Shown piece after piece: positions 48,051 through 60,145 of a DNA stretch of 64,000 nt. The stretch is from NCBI GenBank assembly GCA_036172245.1, contig JAYWIR010000096.1:124001-188000 (forward strand). The letters are read 5' to 3'. The notes under the pieces are model-generated. The model was not told the origin of the DNA and did no database searches. It worked only from the letters and a program-made list of their open reading frames with translations. Position numbers and translations under genes: made by a program. Each line of letters starts with the position of its first letter. Within the stretch, counting starts at the first letter, position 1. This stretch comes from Raillietiella orientalis. Lineage: Eukaryota.

Positions 48051-49795
48051 AGTGCGGACGTATTTTTCTTCGCATTCGTCTCCTGGCTTTCATTCCCTCC
48101 ATCCTGGTGTCGTGCATTCCGACAACGATGGCGACTTAACCCGAAGATACTGAAGAGGGAGTAATAGCATCAGGATCTGCAATCGCGGAACCAACGGCCG
48201 CCTCCTCTCCTTCTGCCTCGCCAATGGCGAGATGTTTCGCTGACGTTGCTGCCGCGGCAGCCGTCAAAGGGGTACAACCCAACGAGAAGGAGGTGCAGGC
48301 CTACGTAGTCCAGGGCTACAATCTTGCACTCCGCTGCCAGTTCAGTGGATTTCTTTCTGTACGCGACGGTAATCAGTTCAACGATGAACTGACCCGTATT
48401 GGCGTGAGAAAGGAAGACCTTCTAGCCATTCTGCCCATCAAAAGCATGGGATATTTCAAAGTGCGCTGCAAAGACGCCGCTCTTGTGCAACGATTGCTAC
48501 GCACTCCTTTCTCCATCCGTGGTAAGAAGGTCTTCCCGTCAACCATGGATGAGTCATTCGTGGCGGAGATTTACGGCATCGAACCGGAAAGTTCCGACCG
48601 CGAATTGCATACTGTGTTAGCGAAATCCCCACGTTCCATGCTATGTAGAAGGTTGGAAGCACCCTTAAGGATTTTTCATCCATCGTAAGCGGTAGTGCAG
48701 CGGTTCGACTAACCATGGCGGACCGCCGGCTTCTACCCTTTAAGCTACAAGTGAACGGCACGGTCGTTCACCTGTGGCATTCAGGAAAGCCTCGAGTATG
48801 CGAGAGTTGCGGCGAAGAAAGGCATTATTCACAAAAGTGCCCTTCTGGTAAATGCCGCTATTGCAAGCAATCCAAGCACAACTTTAATAAATCCCGGACC
48901 TTGCTAGAAAAAAGGCAGCCGCAAAGCATAAACGCGCGAAATACGTCGCGAAAACGAGAAACGCGGCAGAGAAAAAACAGTGCGCATGGGCTAAGTCTCG
49001 TTCCGATGCGAATCGAAATGCCGGATAACAAAAGGGGTCCTCAACGTTGAAGCCCCTCGCGTCCCACTTAGCGGCAGGCAAGCTGGAGAAATTGCGCGGG
49101 AGCTCAAAGGACGACTCTACAGCTCGTGTCAACGATCGCGGAACCGCGGTTTCAGACCAGGGCCCAAAGAAGGCCAAGGGAAAAGAACTGCTGAACGGCG
49201 ATCGCAGTCAAGTGAAAAATAATCATTTCACGACATTGAGCCCTTCAAAGACGAAGAAGCCCAATGGCGAAAAAGGAAGGAGGCCTTCTTTCTGGATTCG
49301 AAAACCGGAAAAAATAATCGCGCGCCTCGCAGCAGCGCCCCGTCAGCGGAGAACCGTTCTCCGTGCGCACGATCGGAGAGCAAGCTCCCGACATAAAAGG
49401 ATGCGACCCCGACGGAGACGTCCACGGCGGTGGCGCACGCAGCGCCGCTGACGGCCGAGGAGTTAACCGCAGGGGTTCTCGCGGCGCAACAGGAGATCGC
49501 CTCCGAATACAGCGAAAGCGAGTAAACAGTGGTGCAGAGGAGAGGTAAGAAAAAAGCTCCGAAAAACGCTCCACAGCATCCGTCGAAAGCGCTCTTGAAG
49601 GCAAGGAACTCTCGAGTGATGAAAAAGACTCGCGCGGAAGTTCCTGGTGCAATATTGCGCTCCGATGCTGAAATCGCGCGAGCTGTAGAAACAGCCTCCT
49701 TACAAAGCGAAGCCACATTACCAAAGAGCGCAAAAACGATCGCTGTCCCACAAAAAAACAGCCGTTGCTCTTCGCGTGACGCGAAGAGCAACGGC
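48051..49795 (+). mobile_element. Family C copy C1: 5' end plus decayed ORF1
   Basis: AGTGCGGACG start; ORF1 homologous to that at 54665; CESCGEERHYSQKC. Confidence 0.85.
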
Positions 49796-52124
49796 TGTTT
49801 TTTGGGGCAGATGGCAGAATCCGTAATTAGCCCGGAGCACACTTATGCTGTTCCCGGACGAAGTATGGATGCCAACCTCTTCTTCGCAATCACATGGATG
49901 CACCTGCAGAGAAGAGAAAAGAAAGGGATAAGGAAAGTCGGCAACCCCACATTGGGGCCGCCAGCCGGGCTCGGAAGGGACACACGGGCTGGGAAAGGGG
50001 CCCTAGCGCTCGCAGTCGACCTCTACAACGCGTTCGACTGTGTAGACCAGGAACTTCTCTTGGAGCTCCTGGGTCGCATGGACTTTCCACCTTCCCTGAT
50101 TTCCTACCTGCGCTCTTGCTGGCGGAATGCGATAATTACCGTCCCTTTTAGCATTCAAAAGGTATATGGCGTGCCGGTGCGGCGGAACATAAGGCAGGGA
50201 GATAGCCTCAGCCCCCTTCTCTTCAGCACCTACTTTAAGTTGGTGCAGAGAGCGTACAGGGTGACTCTGGCCTCATTGCCGAGCTCGTGCCCCGGCACGC
50301 TCGCCGTAGCAGCGTACGCCGACGATCTTCTGCTCCTCTAACCTATGTCCACCCAGGCGAAGGCGGTCGGAGATTTCTTCGACCTGCTTAGCCGTGGGGC
50401 CGGATTACAGGTTAACAGGGCGAAGTTGTCAGTGTTGCCAGCAGGAGCGACGTGGGCAAGGCAGCAGGACTGGATCCTTCTGGGGATCCCCACGGTGAGG
50501 AGCATCATGTAACTCGGTGTGCCGTTGGGGGACTTCTCTCCTGCGGAAGCGTGGTCCAGCTGCCTCCAGAAAGTCGGGACGGCGATCGGCCCGTTCCTGG
50601 AAGGCAAGTTTCACTTGCCGGAACGGACCGCGGTTTGGAATGCCTTCGGGGCCATCATCCTCCGCCCCTTGCTTTTTGTTTGCCCCCCCCTGTGGAATCA
50701 AAAAAGCGGACGAAGGACCTCCTCCGCATAGCTCTTTGGGGCAAGGAAAGGCCCCGAGTCCCTTTGAAGGACTTGTGCGCTCCGCATCGGGACGGCGGTC
50801 TCAGCATCCTGACGCTGGAGCGCGTGGAAATCCAGCTGCGATGGCAAACCCTCGCCATCGCAGCGAAGATGTGGAGCACCCCTTGGTGCATTCCGGCCCG
50901 CCTCCTGGCCAGCGGTGTGTCCCGGTGCGATGGACTCGCGTCTTTTCTTCTGAGCCGTGGCCGGAAGATGCGAAGATGCGGCCTACTACTCGGACGCATG
51001 GCAACATTGGCCAAGAAGAACAGCAGGATGGTTTGCTGCCCCGCCAACTCCCCCTCCTGGCTGGAGGAGAATATTGGAACGTGGGCAGTGGTTAACCAGA
51101 GAAGCCACGAGACGTGGAATCGTCTCCGATGCAGCCTTCACGCCCGCTGCACGCTGCGCAATCTCCTGGAGAGTCCAGCAAGATTCACGTGGACAGAAGC
51201 GACCTGCCTAGCTACGGCGCTGCCCTTCCTGAGGAGGGCAGTTCACAGCAGACGGACGCCGAGGTAACAAGTCTCCTGCTGCATCGAAGGACGCGAGAAG
51301 TTGAATAGCGGCTGGACAACAGGAGAACTGGCCGACGCCACGACCCCGAGCGTCCAGCCGCGAGGATTATTAAGATGGGGCGAGCTGCTCGCCATCCCCA
51401 GGGATGAGCTGAAGTGGCCCCCAGTGATGAAAGAATCCAGGATCCTACCCCTCAAGTGGCAAGAGTCGGGCTGCTTTTGTTGCACTGGGGTCTACCCTGC
51501 AACGCGCGCCGCTTCCACTGGACGAGGGAGTTGTGGATCCTGCGTATGCGAGGTGCGGAGAGCGGAAGTCTCACCCCCACCTTATTGTGGATTCTGCTGC
51601 CCTGCGACCCCTTTGGAAACGGCTCGGGACGACCCTCGGGCTCCCTACAGGCAGCACCCTCAGAGACGTTCTTCGGCCCCTCTTCGTGAAGGACGCACTG
51701 CAGCCCGCCGCAGTTATCGCAGCCTTGTGCTGCTTCCGTGGCATCGTGGCGGCATGGAGCGACGGCAGCAACGAAGAAGTAGGTCCACAGGCGAGAGATG
51801 CCATCCCATATGCCCTACGCTCCTTGCGAAGAGCTGCCGTATGGCCCCAACTGGGGAATATGCAGACTGACCTCGAGGGCTTTGTTGGACGGATGGGCCC
51901 TCCCCACAGCGACCACTGATCCCTTCCCCGCCCTCCAACTTCTTTTTGTTCGTTTCTTTTTATTTTTCGTTTTGTCTTATCATCATCCCCCTTCGCTGTC
52001 GGGGAGTGCCACGCCGGGCTGCGTCCTGGTGTCCCGACTGGTCGCGTGTTTACGGCCGTCGTGGGGCCTCGTACCACGCATGTAGAGTTTACAAATAAGC
52101 GCCCCGGGCGTACCCGGGTGACAA
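49796..52124 (+). mobile_element. Family E copy E1: RT to 3' end
   Basis: DLYNAFD, RQGD, YADD; stop 51917-51919; hairpin CCCGGG-CGTA-CCCGGG at 52103-52118. Confidence 0.88.
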
Positions 52125-52138
52125 CGCCGAATCCCGGC

Positions 52139-54587
52139 TGTGGAGAGAGGACGTGCTTTTCCTGCGCTCCGCATGCGTAGCAAAGCGAGTGTTTTTTTTT
52201 TCTTGAGTGATTTGTGCGTGCACATCCTCGGTGTCCGATGGCAGCGTTGCCAGAAGACACCGCGATGGAAGTAGGCGTGATGGAGGCTTGTTCGTACCCA
52301 CAGCCTACTGGAGCAGGGTCATCCGCCCCGGAATCGTCCCCGGCGACGCCGAGGTCATGGAGCGCCATGATGGCCGCGCCTAGCGTGGAAGCCATGGCCG
52401 AGATGGAAGCCTAGAAGAAAGCGGGGTATAAACCCTCGCTAGTCTACAAGGTAGGCAACCTTTTCCATAGGCGAACTGCACGCGCCTTTACGAAGGCGCT
52501 GCAGAACGCCAATATCTTCGAAAAAGATCTGGACGGCCTCTGCGTCCTCAGCGGCGGGCAGCGAATCGAGGTGGTATGCAAGGATATAACCTTGGCCCGA
52601 CACCTGATCACCGACCCGCTGATCGTTGATGCTCGGAAGATCTTGCCGGTGACGATGGAACGCTCGGTGGTGGTCCATCTCACTGGGATCTCCAGTCGAA
52701 TGACTAGGTCAGCGGTTCGAGAACAGCTACAAAAGCACGCAGAAGTGCACGCGTTGTGGCCGGAGTCCACGATTTTCCAAGGCTACAATAGCCTTTTCAA
52801 ATGTCAAGCTGCGGCGCGTATCACCGTAAAAGAGGGTGGTTCGCTTCCCCACAAGCTGGAAGTCTGCCAAGAAGCGGTGGACCTCTGGTACGTGGGGAAA
52901 CGCCAATTTTGTGGCTACTGCAATGCAGTAGGGCATCTACGAAAAAGGTGCCCGAACATTGTGTGCCACCTATGCGGCGGAAAGGGTCACGTTCGGCGCG
53001 TGTGCCCCAAGCGCATCACCCCGGTGCCCCCTGCCGCCAAAAAGGCGCAGGGCAAACGTGGAAAGCTGGTAGAAAGACCAGCTCGCGAAAATGGCCGTTT
53101 CCAACTGCCAGCCTCCCTTCCTCCCGTACAGACGTCGGGAGAAAGAGCTCCCGTGAACGCGGAAATTGAGGAGGGTTGGCAGCTGGTTCAGGCCAGAAAA
53201 AAAAAAAAAAAGAAATTAATGCCACAAGAAAACTCCGAGAAGAAAACTGCCGGCAACAAGAAAAAAGCCGCGCCGCTTTCAAGAAAAAAAAAACAACTTC
53301 GCGAATGCTCGGTGGCACTGGAAAGCTTAGCCGTTCATGCCGAGTCCGCCCGCGGCAATGTTCGCGGAACAGCTGATGCGGACGCGATGAATACTCGCGT
53401 GGACGAGCCCATTCTACGTTTAGAGGGTGAGACGCGAGACTCGCGCGCCGACAGCCAGGACGCCGCGCTCGATAAAGTCGCGTAGGAGCCCGCGGCAACG
53501 TTCGCCGTCAGCGATGACTCCGCGCTCGATAAGGTCGCGGAACAGCCCGCGGCACCGGTCCCCGCTGGGGAAGACGAGGCCTTCTAGAATGCGGCAAAGG
53601 AGCACGTAGCAACGCTCGCCGAGCGCGAAAACCAGCCGCGCAAGGGCGTACGCAGGTCGGCTCCGACGAAGAAGGCCCCCGCAGGTGAGTGCGAGCTGGG
53701 GGCCGGAAGCGGATCCTCCTCCTCGGAGGCACCCCACAGGAAGTCGGGACGCAAGTCCGAAAAACCCAGGAGGCGCCTGCCCTCCACCAGCGAGGAGGAG
53801 AAGCCGGAAGGAAGCGGCAGCGTGGGAATCCCGGTGGAGGAATACCCACGCCCGGAAGCCGTCGAGTCGGCCACCCCCATGGAGGAGGATGAGCATAGGG
53901 GTGAAGTCCTCCCTGCAGTCGCGAAACCTGAGCAGCCCGAACCCATGGAGGAAGGCGAACAGGTAGGCGCGGCTCCACCTGCGGGTGATCCGGCCGCCGC
54001 TCCGGCAGCGATGGAGGAGTAGGAACAGGTGCCTTCAGTACCTGTCCTCCCTCCCCCTTCACCTAGCGTCCCGCCCACGCAGGTGGCGGACGCCGCATCG
54101 CCGTTTTCCCAGGACTAACACCTGGGCTCGCCAGTCGCCGTCGGATTCGCGCCGCCTGTTGGAATGTTAACGGGCTGCGCGACGACGGCAACAGGCGACA
54201 TACGGCCGACACCCTGCGTGAGCTCGACCTAGCGCTGCTGCAGGAGATCCACGTGATCACCGCGGCAGACGCCCAGGAGATCGAGACGATCGCGGGGGGT
54301 CGGTTGTATTGGCGATGCGGCCACCGCAACACCTGCGGGGTCGCGTTCTTCGTGAAGCCGGCCATCGGCGCTGCCGTAAAGGGCGTGCGCTTTGATGACG
54401 ACGGTCCGATCGGTGAGCTGATTCTCAGCTGGTCCGATTCGATCGACCTAATCGTCACAAACGTGTATCGCCCCAGCGGCAAACAGTGGTACCGCGACCG
54501 CACCAGGCTGCTGGAAACCCTGAAACGCGACTGGATGGCGGATACCAATTTGTGAAAGGTTCACATGATAGCGGGAGATTTCAATCG
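52139..54587 (+). mobile_element. Family E copy E2: 5' end, ORF1 52238-54118, APE up to GDFN
   Basis: GAGGACGTG 5' motif; CGYCNAVGHLRKRC, CHLCGGKGHVRRVC; TAACA junction. Confidence 0.88.
53458..53630 (+). repeat. Three degenerate ~57-bp units (D.ALDKVA.EPAA) in E2 ORF1
   Basis: GAC(G/T)CCGCGCTCGATAA(A/G)GTCGCG occurs twice; the third unit is the DEAF..AA motif. Confidence 0.65.
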
Positions 54588-54604
54588 AGTGCGGACGTGT
54601 TTTA
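54588..54604 (+). promoter_or_regulatory. Conserved 5'-terminal (C)GGACGTG motif, DPE-like internal promoter candidate (representative copy)
   Basis: Present with variants at all nine recognisable A-H 5' ends. Confidence 0.55.
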
Positions 54605-57600
54605 GTTCGCTCTCGTCTCCGTGCATTCATCCGCTTCATTTTGGCGTGGTAGATTTTGACGACGATGTCGACCCAACCCAGAGCTACTGAAGTTGGAGGA
54701 ACAGCATCCGGAACTGCAATCGCGGAACCGACGGCAGCCTCCACTTCGTCTTTCTCGCCAATGGAGAAAAGTTTTGCTGACGTTGCTGCCACAGCAGCCG
54801 TCAATGAGAAACCACTCGATGAGTCGGAGTTGGGGGCATACGGAGCCCAAGGCTATAGACCTGCTCTCCGATATAAGGTAAGTGGCTTTCTTTCTGCGCG
54901 CGAGGGGAATCAGTTCAACGATGAACTGACCCGTGTTGGCGTATGGGAGGAGGACCTTCTCGCCATTATGCCCGTAAAAGACATGGGCTATTTCAAGGTG
55001 CGTTGCAAAGACGCTGCACTTGTGCAACGCTTGCTGCGCACCCCGTTGTCGATCCGTGGCCAAAAGGTCTTCCCGGCCGCCATGGACGACTCATTTGTGG
55101 TGGAGATTTTCGACATCGAGTCGGAAATCCCCGATACTGATATTCGGAACGCGTTGGCGAAATTCGCCACGGTCCATGCGCTGTGGAGGGTGGGTAGCAA
55201 CCTCAAGGACTTCTCGTCCATACACAGCGGAGTCGCTAGAGTCCGGCTTACAATGCCGGACCGCCGTCTGCTGCCCACCAAACTACAGGTGAAAGACACG
55301 GTCGTTCACCTGTGGTTCGTAGGCAAAGTAAGAACGTGCGAGCAATGCGGGAAGGAGGGGCATTGTTTGGATAAATGCCCCTCGGAAAAATGCCGTTATT
55401 GCAAACTATCCGGGCACCACTTGAAAAATTGCCCGGATCTTTTGCGAAAAAAGGCAGCCGCGGAGCTCCATCTTAGAAAACAAAGCGCGGATCAAAAGAA
55501 AAATTCAGCGAAAAACCTGGAGACCCCACGGCAGAAATTCCGAAAAAACGCGAGGCGGAATGTCGCCCCAAAGCAGCAGGAAACCTCGCACGCCCCTCTC
55601 GCGGCAGCTGAGCCGCAAAAGAAAGGGTGCGGAAAATCCGGGGCAATGGTAAGTCCCCCTAGGCGCAATAGCTGTCCTTCCCAAGCACGCCCGGCTCTTT
55701 CGGAGTTCGAGCAACCGGCGGGGACGTCAATGGACAACGGCGGTAAGGACACTTCCAGTACCGTCAGATCGAATCCTTCACCTCCTGCAGTGGCTGAGAA
55801 GCCCAAATCGGGTAAGAAGGGTTGTGCCGTGTAGACTTCGAAAGTCGGCAAAAAAAAATCCGCGTCGCGATTTAACACCCCGAAAGCGGAAAAAAATCTC
55901 ACGTTGTCGCGTTTGGAGAGCAAGCTCTCGACTAACGCGGATGCCATGCCAACGAAGGGATTAAATGCGCTTCCGAAGGCAGCGTCCATGACGAGCGTGT
56001 CGAAGCCATCGAAAGTGCTTCCGTCCAAAGACGCGGATGGCTTCAAAGATGGCAATGGAGCACAATCTCCATTTACGGCGCCACGCGAAGTGAGGAACCG
56101 TAATGAAGTAAAGAAGACTTCAGCAAAGGTCCCTCGTGCAACTGCGCGTGGGCACGCTGAAAACGCGTGCGCCGCGAAAGCAGCAGTCACCAAAAGCGAT
56201 GCTCTGGTGACGGAAAACGAAAACAGGACAGCTGTCAATCCAGCAGAACCTGTCACTACTTCGCGGAAGCCCGAAACCCGATCGAACATGCGCTAATCGG
56301 ACTCCGAAATGGATGCCGTTCCGATCACCGAGACAAGGACAACTCTTTCGAAAGCGGGTGCGCGCCGATCAAAAGTAGGCAGCCAGGCAACGCCAGCCGC
56401 GAAGCCACGCGAAGTCTTCACGAAATCCGACAAGGTTAAGCCTGGCGTGGAGAAATTACATGCATGCAGCACGACGGAGGACGGTGGCGACCGTCCCTTC
56501 CAGCCAGTCGTGCTGCTCGCCGGATAAAGCGAGCAACAATCCGCCACCTTCCCAGCAGTAATGCGGGGAATCGCGTCTTCTCGTCGTCTGTCCGTAACGT
56601 GTTCCAACGTGAACGGACTACAGAACGACGAGAAGAGGCGATTAGTAACCAATGCCCTGCGATCCTTCGACCTCGCGCTCCTGCAGGAGATTCACGTAAT
56701 CTCCGACGAGCAGGCAACCGAAATCGAGGAGCGCGCAGGCGGAACGCTACATTGGCGGTGCGGCGGCGCACACACGTGCGGCGTCACGTTCCTCGTAAGA
56801 GGAAAAATGGCGGAAGCGGTGCGTAGTGTTCGTATTGATGACGACGGACGGATAGGCCAGCTTGTCATCAAGTGGTCCGTGTCCGTCGATCTCGTCGTTA
56901 CGAACGTCTACGCGCTGAGAGGCTCTCGCTACCTCGAAGAAAGAGTAGCTTTCTTTGGAGAGGTGCAGAGCCACTGGCTCAACAACTCCAGCTTCCGACT
57001 GGCGCAACTCGTCGCTGGGCACTTCAACGTCCGCCTGCTCTCAGACGATTGGAGCCGCCCGAGGGAGCGCGCGCTGACCATCGAGATGTGCGCTTCCGGG
57101 CACGCCGCCAACTTGATGGTCAGCAAACCTGGAATGGAAAGATCGCTCGATCACGTTTTCCTCGATGAAAACCTGTATTTGCGTGTGGGTAGGAGAGGAA
57201 GATTGTTGACTAAGCTTTCTGACCACCTCAGGTTGGAGTTTGAGATCCTTTCGCCAGGCAAGGGGCCTCCGTTGCAAAGCTGGAGGATGCAGGCGGATTC
57301 GCTTAGCCAACCTGAGGCTGCGGAACATCTACGTGGATACCTCCGAGGCTTTGCCATACAAGAACTTGCGGACTGGGACAATCTCAAAAGATCTGTCCGC
57401 GAGTTTCGCTGCCAATTCTCCTTGCACCGGCTTCCACGCGGTTTCAGAGAGGGTGTGGCCAACAGTAGAGACTTTCTGCAGGCCCGCACGTTTTCAAGAC
57501 GCGCCGATGTCGGGCGTCTCGCAGAGTACAAGGCGAGGGCCGAGCGCCAGGTCTGGCAGTCCGGAGCAGCATGCCTGTTGGACGACAGGGGCCGGGAATG

Positions 57601-58278
57601 TTCGGCCCCAGCCGAAGTACGCAGCATTGTGAGACGCTACTACTCCTCGCTCTACGCGGAATCCCCGACGGAGGATATTCTTTCTGAGATACTCCTATCT
57701 CAGGATGCTCGTGTTGTCGGCAAGGAGGAACGCGAACGTCTCGACGAGCCCTTCACGGCGGATGAATTTTCGTCCGCCATCGCTGGGCTGAAGAGACGAA
57801 AGGCGCCAGGCGAGGATGGGCTCCCTGCAGAGTTTTATCAGTGCTTTGCAGTGGAGCTCATTCCCTTGATGCTGAAGCTCGCGACGCTGATGAGTGAATC
57901 CGGGAATGTCCCTGATTCCTTCCGCTCAGCGAAGGTGCGTCTCCTGCCGAAAGACAGAGACTTGCGCCAACTTAGCAGCTGGCGTCCGATCACCTTGGTG
58001 AACTCGGAGGTCAAGTTGTTTTCCAAGGTGTGGGTCGCGCGGTTAGGAAGAATCGCGGAATCTGTGGTGAGCCCGGAACAAACCTACGCGGTTCCAAGAC
58101 GATCCATGGAGGCGAACATCCTTTTCGCGCGTACATGGATGCAGCTGCAAAAAGTTGTGACGCAGCAAAGCCAGGCTGCTGCGAAAGTCACTGCCGCAAG
58201 CAAAAAGAACAGGCGCCGACGGCAGGAGGGAACGCTAGGTGCCTTGGCGGTCGCGGTCGATCTCCACAAGGCGTTCGA
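54588..58278 (+). mobile_element. Family C copy C2: 5' end, ORF1 54665-56561, ORF2 56561-58278 cut at DLHKAFD
   Basis: AGTGCGGACGTG; CEQCGKEGHCLDKC, CRYCKLSGHHLKNC; TAATG 56559-56563; ORF2 open to KAFD but with GHFN for GDFN. Confidence 0.9.
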
Positions 58279-60145
58279 TTTTCACCCGCATTTTGCCAGG
58301 GCGTGTATTGTGAAATATACATTTACAAAGACGTGCGGTGGCTGGACCATTGCTCCAGCCACGCACGAAGAAATACAGAGCCTGCCGGGTCACCGGTTTG
58401 CATACCGGTACGGTCCACCACGGCAGCAGGGGGAAGGGGGAAAAACAAAAAACAAAACAAAAAAAAAAAGAAAAGTTGGGAGGGTAAGGGAAGGGATCAC
58501 AGTTGCTGGTGGGGCCGTTGCATCCTTTGCAGGATGCCAGCAAGCTCCTTCTGTATTCCTGGATCCAGGTGAGGCCATCAGGACGCCCTCCTCAGGTACT
58601 GGGAGGCTGGCTGGATGGCAACCTGGTCGCGTTGTCCTCCCGTAGCCTTGCTCCAAGCGGTGACGATCCCGCGTAGGCAGCGCAAAGCTGCTCACGAGGC
58701 CGCTGGCCGAACTGCGTCGGCAACGAAGAAGGCTCTCAGTGGGTCCCTGGGGTTGCCGCAGCAGATTCCGATGGCCGCGGCAAAGCGAAACCAAAGGGGC
58801 CGAAGGGCAACACAATCCACTAGCAGGTGGGGGAGGGAATCCCGTTCCCCACACCTGACGCAATTGGGGTCCACCGCTCCCCAGGTACAGTGGTGTCGGC
58901 GGGCGTTGCAGGGGAGTTCCCAGTGCTGCAACAGGAGAGCCGACTCCTGCCATTTTAAGGGGAGGGCGGAAGTGTTCATGAGCACCGGGCGCCACTTCAG
59001 ATGTTCAATGGGAACATCAAGCAGCGCGCCCCAGCGCAGAAGTCCTTTGGGAGGCGTACTCGGGGTCCCAGCGTCTGTTACCTGGCCCGTCTTCCACTCT
59101 CCTATCTTCTTCTCCTTTCCGGAGATTGTTACTGTAACCACCCACTTCGCCGCAACATCGCTTTCCAGATCTTCCATCAGGTAGGGCAGCGCAGCAGCGA
59201 GGGGGGTTCTTCCTGCCCACGCTCTCTTTTTTGGATCCTCTAGGATCTCGCACAGCGTACAACTTCTGTAACCCCCAAACAGGAACCTTCGTTCCTGTTG
59301 GGAGCGTTGCATGCCGAACTGTCCCCACGTTCGAACGGTTTCCTGCAACCAGGCACTACCGTTAAACGGGCGACAGGTGAGCAATCCTGGGTTTTTCCGA
59401 TACAGCGCAGCCACCCTCCGTAGCTGGAGTCCGCATCGGTTGACGCGGAGATGGAGTGCAAGAAACGACGTCGGTCCCGTCTTGCCGGTGGCTTGCTGAA
59501 GCAGGAGACGTGCAGGGACGCACCAACAGGTGCACCACAACTCTGGAACGAGTGCCGACAAGCGGAACTGGAGCTGAAGCTCCAGCCGCTCCAGCGTCAG
59601 GAGACCCAGACCACAATCCCGACGATGAGCGCACAAGTCCTTTAAGCGGACTCCGGCCCTCCCTTTGCCCCAAAGGGCGTTACGGAGGAGGTCCTTCGTC
59701 CGCTTTTTGAACCTCTCTGTGGGGGAACAAACAAAAAGCAGGGAGCGGAGGAGAGGAGCCGCGAACGTGTTCCAAACCGCGGCCCGTTCAGGCAGGAAAA
59801 ACCTGCCGCCTCGGAACGGGCCGATCACCGTCTCTACATTTTGGAGGCAGCCGGACCACGCTTCCGCAACGGAGTAGTCCCCCAACGGCACACCAAGGTA
59901 CTTGAAGTACCTCACCGTGGGGATCCCCAAACGGACCTAGTCCTGCTGCCCTGCCCACGCCGCACCAACTGGCATCACGGACGACTTCGTCCTGTTCACC
60001 GTAAGTCCGGTTCCCCGATGTAGCAGGTCGAAGAACTCCTCGACCGCCGCAGCCGGGGTGGACATAGGGAGCAGCAGCAGAAAATCGTCCGCGTATGCTG
60101 AAACGGCCGGCGTACCGGCACAGTCGGGCGGCAGGTGCGCCAGAG
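58279..60145 (-). mobile_element. Family A copy A4: RT C-half to 3' end, antisense in the C2 KAFD codons
   Basis: Collinear with A1 ~5755-7614; YADD; TGATCCCTTCCC at 58499. Confidence 0.9.

Noticed and set aside
53196..53215. A-runs as poly(A) tails (also 2718-2727, 58440-58470)
   Set aside because: These are Lys codons in ORF1, 5' leader sequence, or the reverse complement of U-rich 3' UTR tracts, not element ends.
58279..58645. Novel C-terminal extension of the 694-aa ORF 56561-58645 (similarly 8825-8975 and 62082-62220)
   Set aside because: Read-through into the antisense 3' UTR of the inserted element.
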